Assembly: GCA_043228905.1 (NCBI GenBank)
Contig: JBHGNT010000121.1
Coordinates: forward strand, 10,960 to 74,959
From: Azolla caroliniana
Lineage: Eukaryota > Plantae > Polypodiophyta
Length of the DNA: 64,000 nt
Reading direction: 5' to 3'
Shown here: in pieces, positions 22,481 through 34,661 of the stretch
Position numbering within the stretch: position 1 is the stretch's first letter
Layout of the letters: each line of letters starts with the position of its first letter
Program-made: the position numbers and the translations under genes
Notes under the pieces: model-generated
Told to the model about the DNA's origin: nothing
Database searches by the model: none
What the model saw: only the letters and a program-made list of their open reading frames with translations

Positions 22481-24344
22481 AAGGCGAGCTAGAGTGTTAT
22501 GATGAAGCCATTGCCGATGAGAACAGAGAGAAATGGTTGAACACGATGCAAGATGAGAGGGACTCCTTGCACGAAAACTACACCTACTACTTGGTAGAAC
22601 TACCGAAAGGTAAGAGAGCACTCAGGAATAAATGGGTCTACAAGGTGAAGACTGAAGAAGTCGACAATGCTCCTAGGTATAAAGCCCCCATTGTTGTGAA
22701 GGATTTCCAACAAAAAAAGGGCATCGAATTTGACGAATTATTCGCTCCAGTCGTGAAGATGACATTCATTAGAACTGTTCTGAGCATAACTGCTAGCATG
22801 GATCTGGAGATCGAACAGTTGGATGTCAAGACGACATTCTTGCACAGGGAGTTGGATGAAGAGATCTACATGTAGCAACCCGAAGGCTTTGTGGAGAAAG
22901 GGAAAGAGAATCTCGTGTGTTGACTGAAGAAAAGCTTGTACGGCCTAAAACAAGCTCCACGCCAACGGTACAAGAAGTTCGAGTCATTCATGGTGGAACA
23001 TGGGTTCCAGAAAACACAAGTTGATCACTGTGTGTTCGTCAAAAGGTACGATGAAAGTGACTTCTTGATTCTCTTATTATATGTTGATGACATGTTGATA
23101 GTCGTTCAAGATACAAGGAAGATCGGAAGCTTGAAGAAAGCTTTAGGTAAGTCGTTTGCCATGAAGGATCTTGGTCTGGCTAAAAAGATCTTAGGGATGC
23201 ACATAGTTCGGGACAGAACTAAGAAAGTGTTGTGGTTGTCACAAGAGAAATACGTGATGAAGATCCAAGAAAGATTCAACATGACAGAAGCAAAGCCGAT
23301 CGACTCTACATTACCGACTAACTGCAAGTTAAATGCAAGGAAATGCCCGAGAAGGGAGGAAGAAAAGGCTGAGATGAGGAAAGTGCCATATGCCTCGGTC
23401 ATTGGCAGTCTAATGTATGTTATGGTCTGCACGAGACCAGACATGGCCTTTATTGTGGGAACAATAAGCCGATACATGAGTAATCTAGGAAGATAACACT
23501 AGGGAGCGGTGAAGTGGATACTTAGGTACTTGAAAGGCACCTCGAGGGTATGCCTAAGGTATGGTGTCGAAAAACCCATGCTCGAAGGGTTTACCGACTC
23601 GAACATGTCGGGGGAGGTAGATTCAAGCTGATCCACGTCAATGGATCCGACATGCTGACAAAGAACCTACCGATGGACGGACTCATAGTCTATCAACTGA
23701 AGACAGGACTAACTAACTCCCTCCCACATGAGTGACGGGGGAGTTTGTTGGGAATATATCCCTCCCGTGGGAGAAGCCGACTGTCTAGAAGTAGCCGACA
23801 ATCGAAGACAAGGTAGAGCTGATTGTCTGGAAGTAGCTGACAGTCGAAGACAAGGAAGAGCCAACTGTTCGGGCCGAGGAGAGCCGACAGTCAAAGAGTT
23901 AACAAATAGGGAGTCGGCTGATTAACTGTTGACTATTATTATTAGAGTTATAATAATAGTATCGATGTGTAGTAGGGGCTACACTTGTAATTAGCCCATA
24001 TGATGTATTAGTATAAATACGCCTAGGGCAAATGTATAGAAGTGAGTGTGATCCTCTGTTGTAGTGAAAAGACAGAGAAGAGTGTGAACGGGGTGAGAGA
24101 CTGTGTGAGCGGTGCCATAGATGTGTTCTGTAAGAGCCATGCGTGGTTGATACACTTAGATGAAAGAGTGTTGTACTCTAATCCCATCCTTGTACCATTA
24201 TATATAGAGAAGCTCCATTCTCTATGGTTTTCTCCCACTTTATGGTTTCCACGTAAAAACAGTGCACATTGTCTTTTGTGTTTCCCAATAGTGTATTTCA
24301 GCGCATTCCTTTTATTGTGGATTGACGATCCGTTTCTCGACACA
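22481..24344 (+). mobile_element. Tork/Tnt1-like copia 3' remnant (RT, deleted RNase H) plus LTR
   Basis: GKRALRNKWVYK, QLDVKTTFLH, LLLYVDDML, KVPYASVIGSLMY; PPT GACGGGGGAG then LTR from TGTTGGG at 23746 to about 24344. Confidence 0.85.
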
Positions 24345-24619
24345 ATTGTCTTTTGGCACACATGTTACATACGATGCATGACATTTATGTTACTCATTTG
24401 AGTCAGCATGTATAGAATATACTTGGTGCTTGATATAAAAGGTTATAGGTTCAAGCCTCACAAATGTCACTTGATATAACATTTGAATTTGTTTTTATAT
24501 CATGAAGTAACTGCTTCACGACAACGCATGTTGAAGACGACAACGATCTGCAACACTTTTGCTATTGCTTGTTGTAAATGACTTGTTTAATCATTCATTG
24601 CAACATGAATGTAAATAAA

Positions 24620-24847
24620 ACAAAAGATGTAAATTTATAAATAATTATCGAATCATCATGGTTGGCTCACTAATGGCAAAAGTATTTGAATGTATGATAG
24701 AACCAAAGGTAAGTGCAGCAAAATTGGTAAGAGAGCTTATGGACAAACTTACTTTTGAAAACACCGTAGTGCCATCGATTACCTTGTCACCCTTCGAGTA
24801 TCAATGGAAGAAAGTCGCTTGAAGAGTAAGGGTTTATATTGTTGCTC
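24620..24847 (+). mobile_element. Short LINE RT fragment (same type as the 1-11395 LINE)
   Basis: Translates, with a frameshift, as NNYRIIMVGSLMAKVFECMIE..KRAYGQ..SAIDYLVTLRVSMEESRLKSKGLYCC, RT subdomains 1-3. Confidence 0.75.
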
Positions 24848-25501
24848 CAGTTGGTGTCTCAATGGGTATGCTCATGAATTAACATCTCATAAATATCTTA
24901 GTACCATACAATTTTAGCTTCTTTTAAAAGGCGTCGAATCATAAATATACCATGGAATCCTTTCTTTGGGTACTACCAAGCAGAAGTTTCCAATCGAGAA
25001 AAATGCACATATGTTATGTTTATTAAGTAGAATTGGAATCCACACACTAAAAGAGGTGTGATGGCATCAAACGAGGAGCGGAGAACGTTATCTATATGAT
25101 CCCGAAATCCGGACAAGGTGTGATGGCAGTCATCGAACCCGTGGAAATGGATTGTGTGTATGTCTGTGTGCGTGTGTGTGTATTTTATATGTGGGGTCAA
25201 TGTTAATAATTTCACAAAGCTATTATTATTATGGATGGGGGTCATAAGATTTTCACAAGCAAAGAAGAAACCGATAGACCCCTCAAACAAAGATAACAAA
25301 AATCGAATCAAATATCAAGACTTGAAGAACCCACCCACATCAGGAAACTCGAAGCTCCTCTCTCTCTCTCACAGACAGAGGTCCGCAGATCGAAGCGCTG
25401 CAGCCCTATGGGCCTTCAAAAAGCTTTTTTGTTTTCTCACCATTAAATCTGTGGTCCTCCTCCTCCTTCGTCATCATCTCTTCTTCTGCGCTCAAGTCTC
25501 C

Positions 25502-28500
25502 ATGGGGTGGAAAGGAAAGCTCGTTAATAAAGCTGGGCACTATCTTTCTCAGTCATTGGAATTTCCTCTCAAGCAGCTCCACAAATATGCATCATCCCCC
25601 ACCACGGTATTTTATTTGCATAATTTCATATGCGTCTGTTTTTTTCTACATCAATTTGCATTAAGTGATGATGGTGGCTCATAAGGATTGATGAACACGA
25701 TGGGAAACAAAAGGATTGATGAATGATTTGAAACATACGGGTTTATAATGACATGTTAAGATTTAATGAGCGATGTAGCATAAGGATTAGTGATGGTACA
25801 TAAGTGATTAACGATGAAACATAAAGAGTAACTGCGATGCATACAGGTCAATAATAAAAAAATAAGGATTAGTTATGGGCATGAAGATCAATGTTAAAAC
25901 GCAAGCATTATGATGAATTGTGCCAGCTGCATATGAATAATGTTAACCTCAAATCATTGAACCTTTAAGTAATTTCTGCAAAAGAAGGAATCTGTTTCTA
26001 CTGGCTATGTCTAGAATAATGTTCGAAAAAGGAAAATGGTTTCATGGCCATATCTGGAAAATAATGTTTTGGAAAATAAATGTGTCCATTGGCCACATCT
26101 GGACTAAACGTTGTATTGAGTGAATATGTTTTCATTGGCCATACATCTGGAATTGACTTTGGCAAAATGAGCAATTCATTTCTCCATTTTTATCAAAATA
26201 ATGATTTTTAGGAAAACAAACACGTTTACAATTGGATATATATATCTGGAATGATGATTGTATCTGTTTCATTATCGTAAAAATGGAGGTGGGTGATGAT
26301 GGCGAAGGTCATGAACATCAACATATTCCAGATGGTAATTTTGAAGAAAAAGATGGAGAGGATGGATATGGACCCGATACATCATCTCTGACAGCATTTC
26401 TTTTGTCATTACTATCCACTTCAGAGACGAGCAATGCAAGGAATGATAATCTCGATGCCTCAGAAGGTAATGATAGTGGATCTACCTCATGTTCATCAAG
26501 GCAGCCACATAATAATATCAGTGATGATGAACAAAATCCGAGCATACAAAGATCTTCACATGATAATTCATTGCGGAATAATTCATTCTTATCTATGTCA
26601 CAACCAACTTCACCAGCTACACCTATTAGACTTCCACCTTTGTCTGACAAATCAGTGCTTCTTTCTGAGGGCTTTCGCGCTTTCATATATTTAGCACTGC
26701 CGAATATTGTAAAGGATCGGCATTGGGTTTTGTTATATAGGTATTTATCTGGCTTTTCTTTCTATATATGATAGGATGGTAAGAATTAGTAGGGTTGTGT
26801 TAAGATCAAGAATTTTCTGAAAAGGGTGGATGATGACAATCAATTTCTGTTGTTCTTGTTTTCACGCACAGATAAAATTTTCATGTTTGCTATTTTTTTG
26901 AAGGGCAGCACTGCGAAGCATGGTATTTCATTACAAACACTCTATCGGAGAAGCTCTGCTCTTTCTGAACCCTTTTTACTGGTACATTTTACCATGTTTG
27001 TATCAATAATTTGATATGATTTCAATGTCACCAATGATTCATAATTGTGGAAGTTTTCTTATATGTTAGCTTCTCTCTTGGCTATCAGTTTTGTGGCTGG
27101 AACATATTTATCTGTCTATTTTCATGAAGGGAAATACTATTTGGCTAGATACTTCTTTTTCCAATGTGAAATTGTAATTGGTAAGTAGCTGAGATGTCAT
27201 ATGCTACTTAGAGCAGCATTTTATAATTAGAAAGTTAGGGACAAACGCAGAACAGATCAATATGAATTTGCTTATGCAGGAGTATATTTCTATAACAGAA
27301 AATGTAAAGTACCACTTACTCACTCGAAAAATAAAGAAATGAGATGTCTATGAGAAAAGGATTTTCGGGCATTTACTTCTATGTAAAGTATGTGTGAAAA
27401 GTCATACAAAATATTTGCCGAGTATATTCACGATCAAGAGTCAAGACCTCAATTCATTTCAAGATTTAAGAACATCTATGATGCCAATTACAGGATATTA
27501 TGGATACATAATAAAATCAGGATGCTTACTATAGAAGCATTTATCACTCTGCGCTTAGCTGGTTTCACTCTCTAAATAAATGGCACCACATGGATGGTCA
27601 TTCAACACACACCATAGTACAAAGGAAAGATGTACCCAAAAAGGGCACTCAAGAAAAACAGAGCTTCGTTTAAAAATGTTTTTGTCGTCAGATCTTTGAC
27701 TGAATCAAAGGTGTATATATTGATGAATGAATAAAGATATGAAAGTGATATCTTATTACGCACTACTATGGATCTTTGATACTCGATTCTTTCTCTTGGA
27801 GTTGTAAGGAGGGCCAAGAAGTGACTGATGCAAGGAAGTCTTTTGATGAATGAAAAATGATCGATGATCTTTAGTTATTGATTGATGGAGCACAGGTTAC
27901 TGATATGGAATAATAAAATTTTGTACAGATGGAAACCATGCAGTTAGTTGGAGTTCGAAGCTGAAGGAAATGAAAAACATGAAAAACAATGAGTCCATCT
28001 TGTCTGAATAATCAGTGTTTAAAGTTCAAATGCCTATAAAGAGAATTTAGTATATATTGAACCAAAACATATATATATATATAGTATAGAATATATCTTC
28101 CACAGAATATTTAGGAAGTCATAGAAAGTTATAACTTATACTTCGTCCACTTTCTGAATAAATTTGAGACTTTGATCATCGCAGGTAACTGGGGATTTTC
28201 ATGGAGCTACATTTGGTGGGCTTTTGACTGCACCTCTGATACCCACATCCAAAAAGAAATACTTGGCAAGTACCTCAATCCATTATTAAGATCTATGCAG
28301 TTCCTCATTTGATGTCTATAATTCTACTTATCGCAATGTACTGATCATGTAGGGAACTAATGACATGTTTGTTTTCACAAATGTCAATGAAAAAATGCAA
28401 ATCTTCAGGGCCACCGGTAATGTGTTATCCAAACCAAATATGTCATATGGTTAATTATATCAGCAATTGAATTCTGCAACAACTTAGATCTGAATTTAAT

Positions 28501-30295
28501 TGTTATTTGCTATTTGTACTTGACATATGTGTGTGTATTAAGTTGCATCCATATGTAAATATGATATTACTAATTGTCTGTCATTTCCACTTGACAGGAA
28601 GTATATGTGTACACATTGTTTAGATACTTATTCCCGTTGGATGACAGTCCAACCTTTTTTTTTGTAAATGCTAGTCTTGAGAGTTTTCTGCCTTCTTGTA
28701 TTCTTATAAGTTTATAACTGTTGCCATTTAAGGAAATGGAATGGAACTCTGATGATATATTATGGAGGACAGTATCTAGCTAGTTCTGAATGATTGAGGC
28801 AGAACTATGTGAAATTGTTCTTTTATGTTTTATCAGTTACAGAAATGTACCCGCAAATCAGTTAATAATTAACCAAATTCTTGTCACAGAAGATTTCTCT
28901 GGTTAACAATACTGGCTGATATACTCTCAATTTGGCTGTAGGTGCAAACAGGTACTTCCTTTTGTGCATGAATGATGCAATTTCTTTGGGAGGTGGTGGC
29001 CATTTTGCACTTCATCTTGATGAGGATCTGTAAGTTTGCAAGTTCTATTTTAAATGGTAGACAGTGAAAATTTATCGCAGTGTTATAGAAAGAAAGATAT
29101 ATTAACGTCTTTTAAGAGTAGAGAAGCCCATTAATATTTTGTAATCGGAAATAGTAGTGAAAATGCATTGCTCTGTTGATTCGATATTATGCTGCATTGC
29201 TCTGTAATCTTTTTTGAGATAATGAGATCTACAAATAAAACCCCATTTGCTATGTTTTTTTCCCATGAAGTTTGAGTTTTTTACTTGGTTAGTTGGGAGC
29301 TGTTTAAAGGCTTTGTATGGTTGGTTCATCCATCATAGCAAGCCTAGTGAAGCCATGGGCATGAAATTTTAGTTCTTTGATAGGTCGTTTACTTTGTCCA
29401 TTTTATCTGCATTATAGCTGTGTGGTACTTTCATTCGTTCTGCTTAAAAGGGAAACTGGACAGGAACGAGCAGACTGAAATATGGTTGTCCCTTTGTGGC
29501 TGCTTGTCTTTATTTTATTAGGGCAGGCTCCATTTTTACCTATTTATTATATGTGCTATGACATGTTCAACTTGTTGTAGTTGCTAGAAAAATTCCTCAT
29601 TTTCCCATATTTGCATATACCGTTCCTCTCTTTATGAGAGAGGTTAGTCTTGATAATTTTACCATCTCCATTGTGGATTATTCTTCCTTGGTTTGCGTCA
29701 TTCCTTAATGCATGCTCTAAAGCAAGCACTTGGGATAGTCAGGCTTGAAGTTTCCTACTTATAGATAAATGGGGAAAGTATGCATGTATCTGCATCAGCA
29801 TCTCTACAAAGTGCTGAAGCATACAAACAAGTAATATAGTAATGTGAAACAGAAGAATCAATCACATACAGTGGATGCCCTTCCCTCTTCTGCACTAAGA
29901 GCAAAGTGCTGCCACTTGAGATTATGATTGGCAGAGGTAAAGCAAAGTTAGTAGATCTGACTCCCAAATTTTCAGATATTTGGCGATCTAAATCTTATGC
30001 AAATTTTGCATGGCTGTTAGTGGCATCGAAGTCCAATCAATGTATAGCTACATGGCTTGAAATATATGATGTGCCCATTAAGATGTATGAATTCTGAGCT
30101 TGATAACCAAGTTCCCAAATACAAAAGAACTTTAATTGCCATATCGAGTCCAGAAGAATGGTCAACAGCCGTGTTGGAGGAACATTTTAAACTCTAGACA
30201 CCAACTTTATTTTCACCTTTAATATCCTTGTAAGAAGTTAGATTCTTGATCCATTCAGATTCAGTGCAGAAGAATAGGGATGGAAGCAGAAGTTG

Positions 30296-30326
<31 letters not shown>

Positions 30327-30640
30327 TGGTCCCATAGGTCATGTATCACTAAGTACAAGGAGCTGATCTTCCCACACCAAGTATCATATATATATATATA
30401 TATATATATATCACTCAATTCAACTGAAAATGTTTCACTTTTGATCCCATAGGTCATATATCACTAAGTACAAGTAGCTGATGTTCCCACACCAAGTATC
30501 ATATATCTATCTATCTATCTATATATGACCTATGGAACCAAAATTGAAACATTTTCAGTGGAATTGAGTGGTGATGATTCTTGATTATCAAAAATGTTAC
30601 TCTAGATCGTTGCGATTGATTAGAGACACATTAGAGACAC

Positions 30641-30689
<49 letters not shown>

Positions 30690-30902
30690 ATACAGGTTAA
30701 ATGGCTCTAGTGGTGCTTGTTACACGTTTGGCAACGAGTGTTTAGCGACTTCCTCAAATTTCTCAGTTGCAAATGTCGAAGTAAGATTCTTGTAATTTAA
30801 CTATTTAGACATGAGATTTAATCATTAAACTTCATATTATCTTTGGTTTTTTATTCTCTTTCACAGTTGTGGGGATTTACCCATGTATCCAAGTATGCAT
30901 AA
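25502..30902 (+). CDS. TLDc-domain (oxidation resistance 1-like) protein, 8 coding exons
   Basis: Exons 25502-25606, ~26289-26740, 26909-26981, 28185-28265, 28353-28416, 28942-29029, 30696-30780, 30867-30902 splice in phase to give GPDTSSLTAFL..LPNIVKDRHWVLLYSTAKHGISLQTLYR..GDFHGATFGG..KKKYLGTNDMFVF..TGANRYF..LGGGGHFALHLDEDLLNGSSGACYTFGNECL..NVELWGF. Exon 2 acceptor uncertain. Confidence 0.92.
30328..30570. repeat. Intronic compound repeat: two ~62-bp direct copies plus ~50-bp inverted repeat, with (AT)n/(ATCT)n tracts
   Basis: CCCATAGGTCAT..CCCACACCAAGTATCATATAT at ~30330 and ~30445; 30411-30460 is the reverse complement of 30521-30570. Confidence 0.8.
30642..30685. repeat. (AG)n microsatellite just upstream of exon 7 acceptor
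   Basis: About 21 AG units ending ~10 nt before TACAG|G at 30695. Confidence 0.95.
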
Positions 30903-33207
30903 GCGGGATGGATCATGATACCAACTTTTACTTTGCTGTTTTATGTATAATACTTCAAACTTCAGTCTGTAAAAAGGGATTTATGATTGAGGTTAATTGT
31001 AAATGCATTCTACATATGTGTTTCAGCAATTTAATATAAAGATGTGTTTTCCCATACATCACCCCCATTTGACTCTATAAGAATTTTAAAAACGAGAATG
31101 ATTGGTTGTATGCGCAGCCTCAAGTTTTTTACTTAAGCAGTTTTTTTTTCTTGCGAGTAATTCTTGGTGTGAATCATAGACTGATGTACAATGATTACAT
31201 CCGTCTTATCATTCTTCTTGCGTTTGATAGTTTTGTGTATATATCTTTCTTGGTCTGTCTTGTGAGGTCATTGATGTTTTTAATAGCTGGAAGATTTTGC
31301 TGGATTCTATACATAACAGATTTTCATTGGTTTCCCTTAATTTCAAACATGTAAAAAGTTCAACATTCAGGAGCTATATATTACGAGTGAACTGGTATAA
31401 AAAGTAGTCAGAGTTGGTGGAGCAAGTAATGTTTCATCCTCAATTTAACACCAACTAGTGCCTATGCATCATGGCCTAGGTGAGTCTTTATGGGATATTT
31501 AAGTGTCACCGTGGACTTCGATGTCTTGATTAAAAATCCAATGATGTGAGTGTTTATTGACAGTAGTACCACACACTTTGTTAACTGAATAATAAGAGTA
31601 AACATTTTGAAAGCACATCAAAAAACATTCATAGCGTACTACTACACAACACACTGCTTCTGAACTAGATTGAATTTAAGCTTTGCCTAGAAAAAATATC
31701 CTAAAGGCACTTTCAAAATACACGAGTTGGGAAATCTCTGGAGCATTATACTATCAGCAACAAAATTTGAGCCAAGAAGATAAATCAGCACAACCATTCT
31801 GTACACATCATGAAAATCACAATATTCAAATCACATATGCAGGCATATAATGTGTAATCATCATAAACATGATGACCATTCAATCTTCTAAAACACAGGA
31901 AACTCAAAAACTACACGCTGAGTTGCGTATTGCATTTCTTTCTTGTATATATGCTCCAAATGGTAGGCCAAAATAAAATGAAATATATCAATTTACCTGT
32001 GCATTATTGTTATGATTATCGAACACATCAAATTTATCTCAGCTTCCAATATCATTGAATTATGCACAGACAAGACAATTCCCAGCAATATTTATAGGTC
32101 TAGCTCAAATTACGCTCAGCATTCTTAATTGATACACAGATCACAAATCAGTAATCATGACATTAATGCATTGAATTGTAGCATCAGAACAGTATATTGT
32201 CCAACCATGCAAAAAGAGCCCAGCCATGAAACTAGTAGTATGAGCTCATTCACTGTATAACTGACACTATCAAGAAACCCTGAAAGCAACTTGCATGCCT
32301 TGCATTTCTAGAACCACGTTAAACCCCGAGAACAAAATATTGAATACTAACTGAAACAATGACCCCTTCCAATGCCACCAGACAATATCCTACCACTATC
32401 TGGATTGCATCCTAAACATAACTCACAAGATTATGACAACACAAAATTGTAGGAACACAATAGAAAACCGTCCGTAGCTGCAAATTAAATTAAAAATTAG
32501 TTACATACCAGGTGTCAGGAACCATAAGATATAACAAAACAGGCGCATCACAATACAAGGTTGTTTGTTATGATTGCATCAGACTGCAAGCAAAACTTTC
32601 TAATGGAAGTGGTTTAGGGTTATATTTACAACCATAAATCTATGAGCACAAAACAGACGCATCACAATACAAGGTTGTTTAATGGAAGTGGTATAGGTAT
32701 AACAAACAGTATATTTATCTATGAGCACAACAAGATTGTGCAAAGACATTTCATTTGAGACACCAGGTGAGTATACCTTCTTCAAATTGCAAAATTGTAT
32801 TTTAAACTTGAAAACAGTTTTTTTTTTCTACATCTTTCTAAAGAGAGAGAGAGAGAGGTGAGCATCCTCAAACATAAGAAACATGACAAAATCCCATTCG
32901 TGAAAGAACACAAAAAAGGGGATGCAAGAAAGGAGAGAGAAATAGATCATAAGAAGAAGGGAAGAGAGTTACAGAGAAAAAGGAGCATCAATGAGGAGAT
33001 TTCCAAATCCACATAAAAGAGGGAGGGAGGGAGGGAGGGAGGGAAACAAGTATTGTATTGAAGAGGCAAGCAGATATGTGTAGAAGTTGCAGTAAATATC
33101 AGAAAAGGAGAAGACGAAGGGATGTAGGAACCTTGTGCGTGTAGGTAGATAAGCTCTGTAGTGTAGGTATTGAGGTTTTTTCTTCTTCTTCTTCTTCTTC
33201 TTCTTCT

Positions 33208-33735
33208 TCAAGAGGAAGTATTCTTGTCGAAAGGGATGTCTGCGTTGAGGGGAGGGATGGAACCCCAGTCGGCTTCATCCGCGGCGGGCTCCGGGGGTTC
33301 ATTCAAGCTACCGAAGCCACCTCCGGCTCCACCAAATCCACCGGCTCGGGAGGGAGGCGGGCGAGCAGAGGCCCTGTCCACGCGAATGGCCCTGCCGTCA
33401 AGGTTATGGCCCTGCAGCTTCGACAGTGCAGTCTCGGCGTCCGACTCGTTGTAGTATGTGACGAAGCCGAAGCCCCTGGATCTCCCAGTCTCCCTGTCCG
33501 TGATGATCCGCACGTCGCTCACCTCGCCGTGCACCGCGAAGGCGTCGCGCAGACCGTCCTCCGTCGTGCGGAAAGACAGACCCCCCACGAAGATCTTCGC
33601 CTCGGAGAAGGCGCGCCTCCACGACAGCATGGGCGAAGGAACAAGGCTCTGTCGCAAAGTAGCCGGGCTAGGGCTAGGGCTAGGGTTCGATCTCAGGATT
33701 CCGTGAGACAGGCTGCGAAACAGAGCCCGCGCCAT
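33208..33735 (-). CDS. Glycine-rich RRM RNA-binding protein with N-terminal mitochondrial-type targeting peptide (RBG/ORRM-like), 175 aa, intronless CDS
   Basis: GCCATGG start; MARALFRSLS..RRAFS presequence; RNP2 IFVGGL, IITDRETGRSRGFGFVTY RNP1, LDGRAIRVD; Gly-rich then acidic tail; CT-rich leader; GC-rich codons. Confidence 0.93.
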   Translation of the reverse strand: MARALFRSLSHGILRSNPSPSPSPATLRQSLVPSPMLSWRRAFSEAKIFVGGLSFRTTEDGLRDAFAVHGEVSDVRIITDRETGRSRGFGFVTYYNESDAETALSKLQGHNLDGRAIRVDRASARPPPSRAGGFGGAGGGFGSLNEPPEPAADEADWGSIPPLNADIPFDKNTSS

Positions 33736-34292
33736 GGCGGAGATGGTGGAGGGGAGGGAGGGGGCACAGGAGAGATGAGAGAGAGAGAGAGAAAGAAAGA
33801 TGGGAACAGGGGAGGAGGAATGAAGAAGGGGGGAGAGGAGGAGAACAAACAAGAGAGGGAGGGGATCAGAGAGAGAGGTGCGTGTGTGTGTGTGTGTGTT
33901 TCTTTCCTTCTAGAAGGAGAGAGAGAGAGAGAGAGAGAGAGATTCGTGAGTCAGGGAGGGCCAATAGTGTGTTAATAATTTCTGAGTGAGAGAGAGAGTA
34001 GAATGACTGCGTTTGGTTCTTTGAGGGGCTTTTAGGGTTTTAGAAGAAAATGTAGACAGGGGAAACATTGAAATCTTTTCCGGTTTTATTGAAATTACAT
34101 GTGTACATTACTAAAAGCACACTCTTCTCTATAGAGAGAGAGAGAGACGTGAGAGGGTATAATACATATCGGGATATTTGATCGGCAACAACTTGGAGAC
34201 GGGTAAGAGAGACGAGGAGCCGGTCACCTCCTCTCACTCTCTCTTGGACTTCCTACCTAAAAAAACACGCTATTCTATTGTCATCGCTTGCC

Positions 34293-34563
34293 TAGGAATT
34301 GGCAACAAATAGGCGCAAGCTTAAACCGAACTGTTAAACGGTTTAGCAGTTCAGTTTAGGCTTGACCTTCCTTAACCGGGTTGAGCTCGGTTTGGGATGG
34401 TTCAAGCCAAACTTAACCGATTTGGGCCAAACTAGTTTCCAAGCCGGTTAATGCTTGATTGGCTTGGCTAAATCGGTTTAGGAACCGGTTCGGTTTAGGT
34501 TTGGAAACTCCTAAACCGGTTTAGGCTTAACCGGTTTGGAAACCAAACCGTTGTCAATTCCTA
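34293..34563. mobile_element. hAT-type MITE (271 bp)
   Basis: 14-bp TIRs TAGGAATTGGCAAC / GTTGTCAATTCCTA (1 mismatch), many AAACCG/CGGTTT internal motifs, degenerate 8-bp flanks CGCTTGCC/CACTCTCC. Confidence 0.75.
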
Positions 34564-34602
34564 CACTCTCCCACATCTCAATCCTCTCTCTCTCTCTCTC
34601 TC

Positions 34603-34660
34603 TCTCATAGGTCATATTTGACCTCCGAATACAATAATATAATCTATCTATCTCTCTCTA
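34603..34660 (+). mobile_element. Isolated LINE 3' tail copy
   Basis: TCTCATAGGTCATATTTGACCTCCGAATACAATAATATAATCT matches 11336-11378 with one mismatch, embedded in CT-rich repeats. Confidence 0.85.
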
Positions 34661-34661
34661 T

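Noticed and set aside
24400-24470. tRNA-derived SINE (GGTTCAAGCC B-box-like)
   Set aside because: No A box, tail or TSD identifiable.
25154-25501. 176-aa ORF upstream of TLDc as coding
   Set aside because: Promoter/UTR read-through into exon 1 and intron 1; only 25502-25606 fits the spliced model.
33736-33852. N-terminal extension of the RRM protein
   Set aside because: Non-ATG start in CT-repeat leader; ATG at 33735 has strong context and begins the targeting peptide.
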